From NCBI RefSeq assembly GCF_000179635.2, contig NC_014833.1, forward strand, positions 2,280,001 to 2,312,000: 32,000 nucleotides of DNA, read 5' to 3'. Made by a program: the position numbers and the translations under genes. This DNA is from Ruminococcus albus 7 = DSM 20455 (GTDB lineage Bacteria; Bacillota; Clostridia; Oscillospirales; Ruminococcaceae). Positions 1 through 7,953 of this stretch are shown piece by piece. Every line of letters starts with the position of its first letter. Position 1 is the first letter of the stretch. The notes beneath the pieces are model-generated. The model was not told the DNA's origin. It made no database searches and saw only the letters and a list, made by a program, of their open reading frames with translations.

Positions 1-12
1 ATAAGAATTTGC

Positions 13-41
13 TTGATATTTAAAATAAATCATGATATAAT
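13..41 (+). promoter_or_regulatory. sigma-A-type promoter upstream of the 147..2273 gene
   Basis: TTGATA at 13-18, 17-bp spacer, TG-extended TATAAT at 36-41 (TG at 33-34). It lies about 100 nt upstream of the start codon. Confidence 0.5.
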
Positions 42-146
42 TACGAATGTGATACGTAACCAAGTCTATTTGATGTATCATTTAATGGTCAGGCTGTGAT
101 GGTATAACAGCCGGTATATTTATAATTTCAAAGGGAGGATCTTAAA

Positions 147-2273
147 ATGAAACATGATGTGACAAAGCGGACACTTGCAGGCATACTTTCTGTACTATGT
201 ATTGCAGGTGCTATCCCCACAGGCATCAATACCAATAGTTTATGCTTCACTACAGCAGTAACGGCTTACGCAGATGCCGAACAGGGATCTGTCTCTTCCG
301 CCTCTGTACATGAGGTCTCAACTCTTGATGAATTCCTTACTGCTGCCAATTCAGCCCAGAATGGCGATACTATTAAGCTAACCGATTCATTCACAGTAGT
401 CGGGAATTATACAATAAACAACGATAAAGCCTTTACGGTAGATTTCAACGGCAATATGATATACTTTGACGGTGAAGGCAATTACAAGGTGCAGAGCTAT
501 TTTTATATCAATAACAATGATGCTCACATCACTTTCCTGGACAGTGGTTACGGCGGAGGAATGTCTGTTATCAACCCTTGTGTTGTACGTCTTATAATGA
601 ATAACAGCGGTACAGTTGAACTTCTCAGCGGTACTTATATCGGTGGTCTTGATACTATAAGAACAAATACGAATAATGCCCATGTATACATAAAGGGCGG
701 TTATTATGATCTCCTTAAAGAGGATGATGAGGGTCCTTTTTTCAGAAACGGTAACGGTCATTATTATCTGACAGGCGGATATTATACTGAAAGAAGCAAT
801 ATGAGCGATACCAGATTTGATCTTGCAGAAGGTCATGAGTATTACGAAACAGGCAACGAAGAATATCCCCTTGGTATACGAAAAACGGATGCTACAGCTA
901 TCAAAGATGCAGAAATCGAAAATATCTCCGATCAGGAATACACCGGAAGCAAGATAATGCCAAATCTGAATATCACCTTTGGTACAAGGGGATTGAGAGA
1001 AAATGAGGACTATACTGTTTCGTACGAAAATAACATCAATGTTGGTACTGCTACGGCACATATTCACGGTATAGGGGATTTCTGTGGTTATATAACCAAA
1101 ACCTTCAGCATAAAGAAAACGCCGGAGTACAGTATTCCTCAGAATGTCAAAGCACCTTTCAGCAGTACACTTGCTAACGCAAAACTGCCAACCGCCGATA
1201 ACGGTACATGGAGCTGGGAAAACAGTAAAACGAGCGTCGGTAATGCAGGTAAAAAAACCTTCAAGGCTGTATTCACTCCAAAGGATACCGAGCATTATCT
1301 GACTATCAGCGGCATCGAAGTTCCTGTCACCGTATATCATACCTATCAGAAAGTCAGTGCTGTTGAACCTACCTGTACTGCTTCCGGTAATATAGAGTAC
1401 TACATCTGTTCTGACGGAAAGTACTATACCGACAACAAAGGGCAAAATGAGGTCTCTCTGAAAGATACGGTACTTCCGGCTAAGGGGCACACTTATAGTG
1501 AACCGGATTGGATATGGTCTGATCAGACTGCATCTTCCTCCATAACAGCAAAAGCTGTATTCAAATGCCAAGATTGCAGATACGCTGAAACTGTCAATGC
1601 ATATGTGACCACAAAAGTAATGGATCCGACCTATATTTCAAACGGCAAGTATGTATACAATGCCACCGTAAAATTCGGTGGGAAAACATATACTGCTACC
1701 AAGGAAATAACTATCAATAAACTGAAATATACTGCTCCCGCTATTTCATACGAAAAGGGCGATGAAGCTGTAAAACTTACATGGTCAAATGTTGACGGAG
1801 CTGAAAAATACGGTGTTGCAGGATATGTAAACGGCAAATGGGTAGTGCTTGCCGAAGGTGAAGGTAACAGTTACGTTATAAAAGGACTCACCGCCGGCAA
1901 ACAGTATAAGGTCGCTGTTATAACAAAAATAAATGGTCAATGGATCAAAGATGTTTCCAATGCAATAACAATAACACCAAAAGAAGCACCCCATGAATAT
2001 CCTACCATAATATCTGTAGACTATGACCAAAAGTTCCACCAGTTCCGTCTTAACTGGACAAAAATCAAAGGGGCACAAAATTATGGTATTGCTGTATATA
2101 TGGCAGGCAGATGGAAGATCATAAATCAGAATATCCCTGCAGATACTACAAGCTTCACATCACCCAAGCTCAAAGCAGGACAGATTTATAAGGTTGTAGT
2201 ATGTGCAAAGGTAAACGGAAAATGGGATACCGCAGAACTGAGCAAAAGAGCTTTCAATGTTGCGGTAAACTGA
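147..2273 (+). CDS. secreted multidomain surface protein (signal peptide, beta-helix-like N-terminal region, Ig-like segment, Cys-containing module, two tandem FN3-like modules)
   Basis: 708-aa ORF with an AAGGGAGGA RBS 7 nt before ATG 147. Hydrophobic signal sequence (LAGILSVLCIAGAIP ... AYA/DAEQ). Two related C-terminal modules of about 90 aa (KLTWSNVDGAEKYGVAGYVNGKW... and RLNWTKIKGAQNYGIAVYMAGRW...) look like FN3 repeats. A strong terminator follows. Confidence 0.8.
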   Translation: MKHDVTKRTLAGILSVLCIAGAIPTGINTNSLCFTTAVTAYADAEQGSVSSASVHEVSTLDEFLTAANSAQNGDTIKLTDSFTVVGNYTINNDKAFTVDFNGNMIYFDGEGNYKVQSYFYINNNDAHITFLDSGYGGGMSVINPCVVRLIMNNSGTVELLSGTYIGGLDTIRTNTNNAHVYIKGGYYDLLKEDDEGPFFRNGNGHYYLTGGYYTERSNMSDTRFDLAEGHEYYETGNEEYPLGIRKTDATAIKDAEIENISDQEYTGSKIMPNLNITFGTRGLRENEDYTVSYENNINVGTATAHIHGIGDFCGYITKTFSIKKTPEYSIPQNVKAPFSSTLANAKLPTADNGTWSWENSKTSVGNAGKKTFKAVFTPKDTEHYLTISGIEVPVTVYHTYQKVSAVEPTCTASGNIEYYICSDGKYYTDNKGQNEVSLKDTVLPAKGHTYSEPDWIWSDQTASSSITAKAVFKCQDCRYAETVNAYVTTKVMDPTYISNGKYVYNATVKFGGKTYTATKEITINKLKYTAPAISYEKGDEAVKLTWSNVDGAEKYGVAGYVNGKWVVLAEGEGNSYVIKGLTAGKQYKVAVITKINGQWIKDVSNAITITPKEAPHEYPTIISVDYDQKFHQFRLNWTKIKGAQNYGIAVYMAGRWKIINQNIPADTTSFTSPKLKAGQIYKVVVCAKVNGKWDTAELSKRAFNVAVN

Positions 2274-2305
2274 TCGGCACATTATTAAATGTATAATAAT
2301 ATTAA

Positions 2306-2347
2306 GCCCTCCTGTAGTATGATAAGAACTACAGGAGGGCTTGCTTT
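2306..2347 (+). terminator. rho-independent terminator of the surface-protein gene
   Basis: Perfect 13-bp stem GCCCTCCTGTAGT / ACTACAGGAGGGC (2306-2318 / 2328-2340) followed by TTGCTTT. Confidence 0.8.
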
Positions 2348-2415
2348 AGAAATATGATCATAACAAATAACGATCTATGTATAATTATAATTCAACAACA
2401 ACTGTTTAACAGGGA

Positions 2416-2444
2416 TTGAAAATATCAAAACAATGATGTATAAT
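2416..2444 (+). promoter_or_regulatory. sigma-A-type promoter for the esterase-sfsA-phosphatase cluster
   Basis: TTGAAA at 2416-2421, 17-bp spacer, TATAAT at 2439-2444. Confidence 0.5.
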
Positions 2445-2510
2445 AATATCTGAGTGATAAAATACTTTTTTAGCAGACTAAGATTTAACACACATGGAAG
2501 TGATTATAAT

Positions 2511-3137
2511 ATGAAATTAGTTGAATACGGTGATAATAGTTCACAAAACTATCTTATCCAGCTCATAGACAAACGTGAACTTGAAGAAATAGAAGATGAG
2601 ATCAGGTTGATAGTAAAACACAGTAATAAAAACATCTGTCTTTTAGCATTTATAGTTGACAGCTGGAATCAGGATCTTTCACCATGGAGTGCTCCTGCTG
2701 TATTAGGAAATGAAGATTTCGGAGATGGGGCTAAAAACACACTCAATGAAATATTGCAGTACACTGACGATCCCGAAAAGGATTACTATCTCGGCGGATA
2801 TTCTCTTGCGGGTCTGTTCGCTTTATGGTCAGCATATCAAACTGACATATTCAGCGGGATAGCAGCAGTTTCCCCCTCTATATGGTTCCCGGGATTTACA
2901 AAGTATATGTATGAGCACAAGCCTCTCACAACCAACGTATATCTTAGTCTTGGAGATAGAGAAGAAAAAACGAAAAATCCAGTTATGGCACAGGTTGGTA
3001 ACGCTATACGTGCCGGATACGAGTCACTGAAAGATAATAAAATACACTGTACAATGGAGTGGAATCAGGGAAATCACTTCAAAGAGCCTGAACTGCGTAT
3101 GGCAAAAGGTTTTGCATGGCTCCTGAAAAAAGGATAA
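2511..3137 (+). CDS. alpha/beta-hydrolase, putative esterase family
   Basis: The ORF track starts at GTG 2454. I prefer ATG 2511 (MKLVEYG...), preceded by GGAAGTG. It has a nucleophile-elbow-like GGYSLAGLFALW and the general layout of the 'putative esterase' alpha/beta hydrolases. Confidence 0.7.
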   Translation: MKLVEYGDNSSQNYLIQLIDKRELEEIEDEIRLIVKHSNKNICLLAFIVDSWNQDLSPWSAPAVLGNEDFGDGAKNTLNEILQYTDDPEKDYYLGGYSLAGLFALWSAYQTDIFSGIAAVSPSIWFPGFTKYMYEHKPLTTNVYLSLGDREEKTKNPVMAQVGNAIRAGYESLKDNKIHCTMEWNQGNHFKEPELRMAKGFAWLLKKG

Positions 3138-3143
3138 ATAATA

Positions 3144-3839
3144 ATGAGATATAAAAATATAAAAAAAGGAAAGTTCATTTCACGACCCAACCGATTTATC
3201 GCACAAGTAGAGATAGACGAAAAAAATGAAACCGTTCATGTTAAAAATACAGGGCGCTGCAAGGAAATCCTAATAGATGGTTGTGACGTATGGCTCACTG
3301 CACCCGGGAGTCCCGGCAGAAAAACAAAATATGACCTTGTAACAGCCAGAAAAACTAACGGACTTATTATCAATATAGACTCACAAGCTCCAAACAAGGC
3401 GATGCTTGAATGGTTAAATAGGCAAGGCTGTGACCGCATAATCCCAGAATATACCTATGGCAATTCCAGAATAGATTTCTATATTGAAAACGGTAATGAA
3501 AAGATACTTATGGAAGTAAAAGGCTGTACGCTTGAAAATGATGGCATCGGCTATTTTCCCGATGCACCGACGGAACGTGGGATAAAACACATTCAAGAAC
3601 TTATCAAGGCAAAAGACGACGGATATAAAGCCGTACTTGCTTTTGTGATACAAATGAACGGCATAAAAGAAGTCAGACCGAATAAAGAAACTCACCCCGA
3701 ATTTGAAACCGCTTGGAAAGAAGCATTAAAAGCAGGAGTAGAGATAATATTCTGCACCTGCAAAGTATGGGAAAACGGGTTTGAAATAACAGGACAGGAG
3801 AAATCTAATGATAAAGATACTTTTCGTATGTCATGGTAA
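3144..3839 (+). CDS. sfsA: sugar fermentation stimulation protein SfsA (nuclease-fold DNA-binding protein)
   Basis: 231 aa. The N-terminus F.SRPNRFIAQVEI....VHVKNTGRCKEIL and the overall length are characteristic of SfsA. Confidence 0.88.
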   Translation: MRYKNIKKGKFISRPNRFIAQVEIDEKNETVHVKNTGRCKEILIDGCDVWLTAPGSPGRKTKYDLVTARKTNGLIINIDSQAPNKAMLEWLNRQGCDRIIPEYTYGNSRIDFYIENGNEKILMEVKGCTLENDGIGYFPDAPTERGIKHIQELIKAKDDGYKAVLAFVIQMNGIKEVRPNKETHPEFETAWKEALKAGVEIIFCTCKVWENGFEITGQEKSNDKDTFRMSW

Positions 3840-4263
3840 CATCTGCCGCTCGGCTATGAGCGAATTCATTATGAAAGATATGATCACTAAAAAAGGGCTT
3901 GCAGACAAGATACAGGTAGCATCTTCAGCAACATCAAGAGAAGAAATAGGAAACGATATGTATCCGCCTGCGAAACGAAAACTTGATGCGGAACATATCT
4001 CTTATACAAGGCACCATGCAAGGCAGATCACAAAATCGGATTATGCCGAATATGACATGATACTCTGCATGGAGCAGTACAATATAAGAAATCTTAAAAA
4101 GATCATTACCGATGACCCTGACAATAAAATACATCTTCTCCTTGATTATTCCGATACTCCTAGAGATATCTCCGATCCGTGGTATACAGGCGATTTTGAT
4201 AAAACATATAATGATATCAAAGAAGGCTGCGAAGGACTGCTTAAAAGATTGACAATCAAATAA
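3808..4263 (+). CDS. low-molecular-weight protein-tyrosine phosphatase
   Basis: N-terminal P-loop MIKILFVCHGNICRSAMSE (C-X5-R-S) and a C-terminal DPW(Y) Asp loop (DISDPWYTGD). RBS AGGACAGGAG. The start lies 32 nt inside the end of sfsA. Confidence 0.88.
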   Translation: MIKILFVCHGNICRSAMSEFIMKDMITKKGLADKIQVASSATSREEIGNDMYPPAKRKLDAEHISYTRHHARQITKSDYAEYDMILCMEQYNIRNLKKIITDDPDNKIHLLLDYSDTPRDISDPWYTGDFDKTYNDIKEGCEGLLKRLTIK

Positions 4264-4316
4264 CAAAGTATAATAAATAGTATGTTTTAAATTGTGCAGT
4301 TTGTGTGACTTGCCAC

Positions 4317-4345
4317 TTGCAATTATCGTAAAAATATTGTATAAT
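4317..4345 (+). promoter_or_regulatory. sigma-A-type promoter for the 4385..5653 gene trio
   Basis: TTGCAA at 4317-4322, 17-bp spacer, TATAAT at 4340-4345. Confidence 0.55.
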
Positions 4346-4384
4346 AAAGTATAATATATTTTTTCGGAAAGGAAGGTAGAATCA

Positions 4385-4717
4385 ATGAATCTCAAGGATA
4401 TATGTAAAAAAGTCAATATTTCTCTGAATTCAAAAACAGAAAAAAACATCATGGCTGCTTCCATATCAACTGCTCTAGCCATACTTACTATATCAAACAA
4501 AAAGAAAAAAGGCAAGCCGAATTTTTTTCAGCGTATAGGGAAGTATTACAGTTCAATTGACAAGCTTCTTGTCATGACTGTAGCTAAAACAGTTGAAGCA
4601 GAAGAAACACGCCAAGCAGCTGAACGTGAATTCACTGAAAAAAAGCTGAGAGACCTTAAGATCATTGATGCTGAACCGCTGGATCTTTCCGACTTGGAAG
4701 AGGAAGTTCATGACTGA
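4385..4717 (+). CDS. hypothetical small protein (one hydrophobic segment, Lys-rich patch, acidic C-terminus)
   Basis: 110-aa ORF with a GGAAGG RBS upstream of ATG 4385. Its stop overlaps the next start. No family recognised. Confidence 0.55.
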   Translation: MNLKDICKKVNISLNSKTEKNIMAASISTALAILTISNKKKKGKPNFFQRIGKYYSSIDKLLVMTVAKTVEAEETRQAAEREFTEKKLRDLKIIDAEPLDLSDLEEEVHD

Positions 4718-5066
4718 ATATCTTACAAATTACAGAAAATACATTCTTGAATGTATTGAAAATGAAAACTGTGACTATTCAAAACTGCTTGATTATCACA
4801 GTGAAAAACTGCATCAGTTCCAGCATGAAAGATTCATTCACTTGATAGTTATGGCGCTTTTTGCTTTATGCACTGTTATGACAATACTTGCTATAGCGAT
4901 ATTCGATAAGCTTTTACTTATTCCGCTTGCAGCACTGCTGATGGGGCTGCTAGTGCCTTACATAAAACACTATTTTTTTCTGGAAAATACAGTACAGCTG
5001 CTTTACAAGGACTATGATACAATATATAAGAAAGTTCACGGCTTATCCCAGGAGGACTTGAAATGA
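4710..5066 (+). CDS. hypothetical membrane protein (two predicted TM helices)
   Basis: I prefer ATG 4710 (MTEYLTNYRK...), preceded by GGAAGAGGAAG and overlapping the upstream stop (ATGACTGA), over the track start at 4665. Hydrophobic stretch IHLIVMALFALCTVMTILAIAIF...LIPLAALLMGLLVPYI. Confidence 0.55.
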   Translation: MTEYLTNYRKYILECIENENCDYSKLLDYHSEKLHQFQHERFIHLIVMALFALCTVMTILAIAIFDKLLLIPLAALLMGLLVPYIKHYFFLENTVQLLYKDYDTIYKKVHGLSQEDLK

Positions 5067-5653
5067 CATATCATAAAGAACACTGGAAAGGCAGTGTGAT
5101 AACCTCTCCCCTGCCGCCGACACTTGTGACTTGTGCATACGAAGGTAAAGTAAATGTGCTTACCATCGCATGGACAGGCATACTTTGTACAAGACCTCCG
5201 GTAACTTATATATCTGTAAGACCTGAAAGGTATTCTTATGATATTATAAAAAACAGCGGCGAATTTGTTGTAAATCTTCCAACTAAGGAGCTTGTTCGGG
5301 CTGTTGACAGATGCGGAGTGAAAACAGGAGCAAAGACAGATAAATTTGCAGACTGTGGACTTCACACTGAGGATTGTGTAAATGTAGCTGTTCCTATGAT
5401 CGCTGAATGTCCTGTCAGCATAGAATGTAAGGTAAAAGATATAGTCCCGCTTGGAAGCCATGATATGTTCATCGCAGATATTGTCGGAATAAATGCAGCC
5501 AAGGAACTGCTTGATGAAAAAGGCAAACTTTGTCTAGAAAAAGCAGGATTACTGGCTTATGCTCACGGAGGATATTTTGAACTTGGAAAACAGTTAGGCA
5601 CTTTCGGATACTCAGTAAAAAAGAATAAGAAGCGCTTTGATAAAAAGCGCTGA
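5063..5653 (+). CDS. flavin reductase-like (FMN-binding split-barrel) protein
   Basis: 196 aa with an AGGAGGA RBS and an ATGA start/stop overlap with the upstream gene. The segment LVTCAYEGKVNVLTIAWTG...SVRPERYSYDIIKNSGEFVVNLP matches my recollection of the Flavin_Reduct family. Confidence 0.7.
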   Translation: MTYHKEHWKGSVITSPLPPTLVTCAYEGKVNVLTIAWTGILCTRPPVTYISVRPERYSYDIIKNSGEFVVNLPTKELVRAVDRCGVKTGAKTDKFADCGLHTEDCVNVAVPMIAECPVSIECKVKDIVPLGSHDMFIADIVGINAAKELLDEKGKLCLEKAGLLAYAHGGYFELGKQLGTFGYSVKKNKKRFDKKR

Positions 5654-5718
5654 ACAGAATACAGACTTGTCACACATGATCGTGGCATTATATCAGAATT
5701 ATGAAAGAGGAAAAAATA

Positions 5719-6867
5719 ATGAATTTGAAGAAATATACTATTGCGGCTGCAGGTCTTATATGCAGAAAAGCCAAAGTAGATAATGTTTATGCATGGAGTT
5801 CTGAAGTACACAGATATATAGCCGAAAAGGCACTGGAACTTCTTGAAAAAGAAAAAAAACTTCGTCCTGTAGCTTTTTATAAAAACTGGCACGAAGAAAT
5901 CAAGTTGGGTTCAGTTGCGCCTGATAAAACCGGAGATATTGATGAAGGCCCCGGCAAACATTACTATTCATGCATGAATGCCAAGGGCAGGGAGCTTGAT
6001 GAGAGCAAAGGGTTTTATCGCAATCGCCTCGGTGATTTTTCTCCCAGTGCACGAACACTTTTCCGAGCTAATTACACATCGGCAGTATCACTCTATAAAA
6101 GCGGCATGACCAAAGAATCCATGGTTTATCTCGGAAGAGCAATACACTTTGTTTCAGACATGGGCTGTACGCCTCATGTAGCAAATATGACAAGCGGTAT
6201 AAAAGCAAGCAACGTCCATAATGCATTTGAAAAGCAGATAAACAACAGCTACAGCAGTTTCGGTGCAGACAACTTTGATAAAAGGCTTACTAAGTATTAT
6301 GAAAAAGCCGATCCGGGTGAAGCTTTCAATAAACTTATAAAATATGCAGGTAAATTTGTTGATACAATACTTCATCTTGACCCCCGCGCTTTCGATGATA
6401 CAGCAAAGAATACCATACCTGTAACAGAACAGCACGTTATGGCTGTACTGCTGAAATTCTATACAGACTGTAACTCTGACAAGGGAAACTTTGTATGCAA
6501 CGACAAGATGTACAGCTTTAAGAACGAGGCTACAGGTCTTATGTTGACAGTAACGCCCAAAGGTCTTATCGTTGATGAGGCTGATAAGGATAAAGAACAG
6601 AAAATACTCATAAAACTCTGTGAGAGCGGAACATTTGGTTTGAAGGCTGAAAACGGAGGTTACATTAACAAAAAATGTAACGGATTCGACTACCTGAAGA
6701 TCAACGGCAAGGCTGCACAGTTCAGGTCAGAAGCCCTTGGCAACCGCAGATTTGTTATCAGCACCGAGGAAAGTGAATTTAAAAAGTATCTTACAGCCAA
6801 AGGCGGCAAACTGACCGCTGCCCCGTATGAACCAGAAAACCCTACTATGATATGGGTGCTATGCTGA
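5719..6867 (+). CDS. zinc-dependent phospholipase C family protein with an extra C-terminal domain
   Basis: I prefer ATG 5719 (MNLKKYTIAAAGLIC...), 7 nt after AAAGAGGA. The signal-like N-terminus ends ...VYA/WSSEVH, so the mature protein would begin with Trp as in Zn-PLCs. Zn-ligand spacing H-x3-D-x5-H (HFVSDMGCTPH) and H-x3-E (HNAFE) is present. The C-terminal ~120 aa are not PLAT-like. Confidence 0.8.
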   Translation: MNLKKYTIAAAGLICRKAKVDNVYAWSSEVHRYIAEKALELLEKEKKLRPVAFYKNWHEEIKLGSVAPDKTGDIDEGPGKHYYSCMNAKGRELDESKGFYRNRLGDFSPSARTLFRANYTSAVSLYKSGMTKESMVYLGRAIHFVSDMGCTPHVANMTSGIKASNVHNAFEKQINNSYSSFGADNFDKRLTKYYEKADPGEAFNKLIKYAGKFVDTILHLDPRAFDDTAKNTIPVTEQHVMAVLLKFYTDCNSDKGNFVCNDKMYSFKNEATGLMLTVTPKGLIVDEADKDKEQKILIKLCESGTFGLKAENGGYINKKCNGFDYLKINGKAAQFRSEALGNRRFVISTEESEFKKYLTAKGGKLTAAPYEPENPTMIWVLC

Positions 6868-6887
6868 TATAAAACATATTTTTGAAT

Positions 6888-6912
6888 ATGGTTATCCCCT
6901 TAACACACCACA
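6888..6912. repeat. IS terminal inverted repeat (left)
   Basis: ATGGTTATCCCCTTAACACACCACA is the reverse complement of 7883-7907 except for one position. Confidence 0.85.
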
Positions 6913-6919
6913 AGTAAGA

Positions 6920-7723
6920 TCACTGCACCAAAGCAGCCAAAAGCCTTAAATACGCACTGTTTCCCAGCTTACGACGGTTGAATTTGTAGCAGTATTCGGC
7001 AGCATATAACGCTGTGTGGATCTTTTCGTTTCCGTGGTAAGTTCCCATGATCATTGCTTTGAAGTTTGATATAACTTTATGCATCCAGTTCAGCTGACCG
7101 CTTGTTGGATCATATGTCTCAAAAACATGGAAGTATTTCTGTGCCAGCGGTTTCTTGTAACTTCGAGCATTATCACTCTCGATCTTCGAGCCTGCGCGGA
7201 TATTATCCCTGGCAAATCTACCCACAGTTATGCCCTTTAAATTTGGCACATCGCTCATTTTAACGTACTCGGGATTTCCTGCTGCGTTCTTCGATAAAGC
7301 TACGATCATCTTGACTTTTTCAGTACCTCTGCCGCGCTTTTTACCGTGAGTCGGAGCACCGAGATAGGTGTCGTCAAGCTCAACTATACCGTCCAGCAAA
7401 TAGCGTTTTTCACGGCATTTCATAGCTTTTCTGATGCGGTGAAGGATGTACCATGCAGTCTTGTAGGTCACTCCCAAATTTCTCATAAGTGTAACAGCAG
7501 AAACGCTGCATTTGTTGCTCATAATGAGGAATGCGGTGATTATCCACAGCCTCAGCGGAATATGTGTTCTGTGCATAAAAGTTCCGTTTGTGGCGGATAT
7601 ATCAGCTTTACAGAACTTGCAGCGCAGCAGATGGCGTGACCTTATCCTGCGGTACTCAGAGCCACCGCAAAACGGGCAGGCAAAGCCCTTTTCAAAGCGG
7701 ATATCAAGCAAAAATCCTTGCAA
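6920..7723 (-). CDS. IS1595-family (ISXO2-like DDE) transposase. The main ORF lacks its natural N-terminus because of a frame change.
   Basis: Zn-ribbon CPFCGGSEYRRIRSRHLLRCKFC, then THIPLRLWI...MSNKCSVSA, then DDTYLG...KKRGRGT..., typical of IS1595 transposases. An ATG at 7794 with about 28 further N-terminal codons lies in another frame (see findings). Confidence 0.85.
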   Translation of the reverse strand: MQGFLLDIRFEKGFACPFCGGSEYRRIRSRHLLRCKFCKADISATNGTFMHRTHIPLRLWIITAFLIMSNKCSVSAVTLMRNLGVTYKTAWYILHRIRKAMKCREKRYLLDGIVELDDTYLGAPTHGKKRGRGTEKVKMIVALSKNAAGNPEYVKMSDVPNLKGITVGRFARDNIRAGSKIESDNARSYKKPLAQKYFHVFETYDPTSGQLNWMHKVISNFKAMIMGTYHGNEKIHTALYAAEYCYKFNRRKLGNSAYLRLLAALVQ

Positions 7724-7882
7724 AAGCTTTCATCTGCGAACTTTGAGTATATCCCATCAAGTGTGATCTCAGGTTTCGGAAATCTTTTTGACATAGCGAC
7801 AGCTCCCTTCGGTTTCTGTCACTATTATACTATATTTTCTGAGTTTTGAGGTCTGTTTATTTGGACAGCATTGTAAATTATC

Positions 7883-7907
7883 TGTGGTGTGTTAAAGGGA
7901 TAACCAT
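7883..7907. repeat. IS terminal inverted repeat (right)
   Basis: TGTGGTGTGTTAAAGGGATAACCAT pairs with 6888-6912 at 24 of 25 positions. Confidence 0.85.
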
Positions 7908-7920
7908 GTTTTTGAATCTT

Positions 7921-7947
7921 AAAAAGGCAGGGATCTCCCCTGCCTTT
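7921..7947. terminator. bidirectional rho-independent terminator (serves the CotH gene now; originally also the convergent PLC gene)
   Basis: AAAAAGGCAGGG-ATCTC-CCCTGCCTTT. GC-rich 7-bp stem flanked by an A-run and a T-run, 7 nt downstream of the CotH stop codon. Confidence 0.7.
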
Positions 7948-7953
7948 ACATTT

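Larger units (their letters stand above)
6887..7908 (-). mobile_element. IS1595-family insertion sequence, complete ends (~1.02 kb)
   Basis: 25-bp terminal inverted repeats with one mismatch (6888-6912 and 7883-7907). Flanking direct repeat TTTTTGAA(T) at 6879-6887 and 7909-7917, consistent with an 8-9 bp target duplication. A single transposase ORF lies inside. Confidence 0.85.

Noticed and set aside
387-1571. 394-aa minus-strand ORF, plus the smaller minus-strand ORFs at 1631-2078
   Set aside because: They lie entirely antisense to the well-supported 147..2273 gene. They have no RBS, a low-complexity Ile/Phe/Cys-rich composition and no recognisable domain. This is a typical shadow ORF of an AT-rich coding region.
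3934-4515. 193-aa minus-strand ORF
   Set aside because: It is antisense to the phosphatase gene and runs through the 4317-4345 promoter and the start of the next plus-strand gene. It has no RBS.
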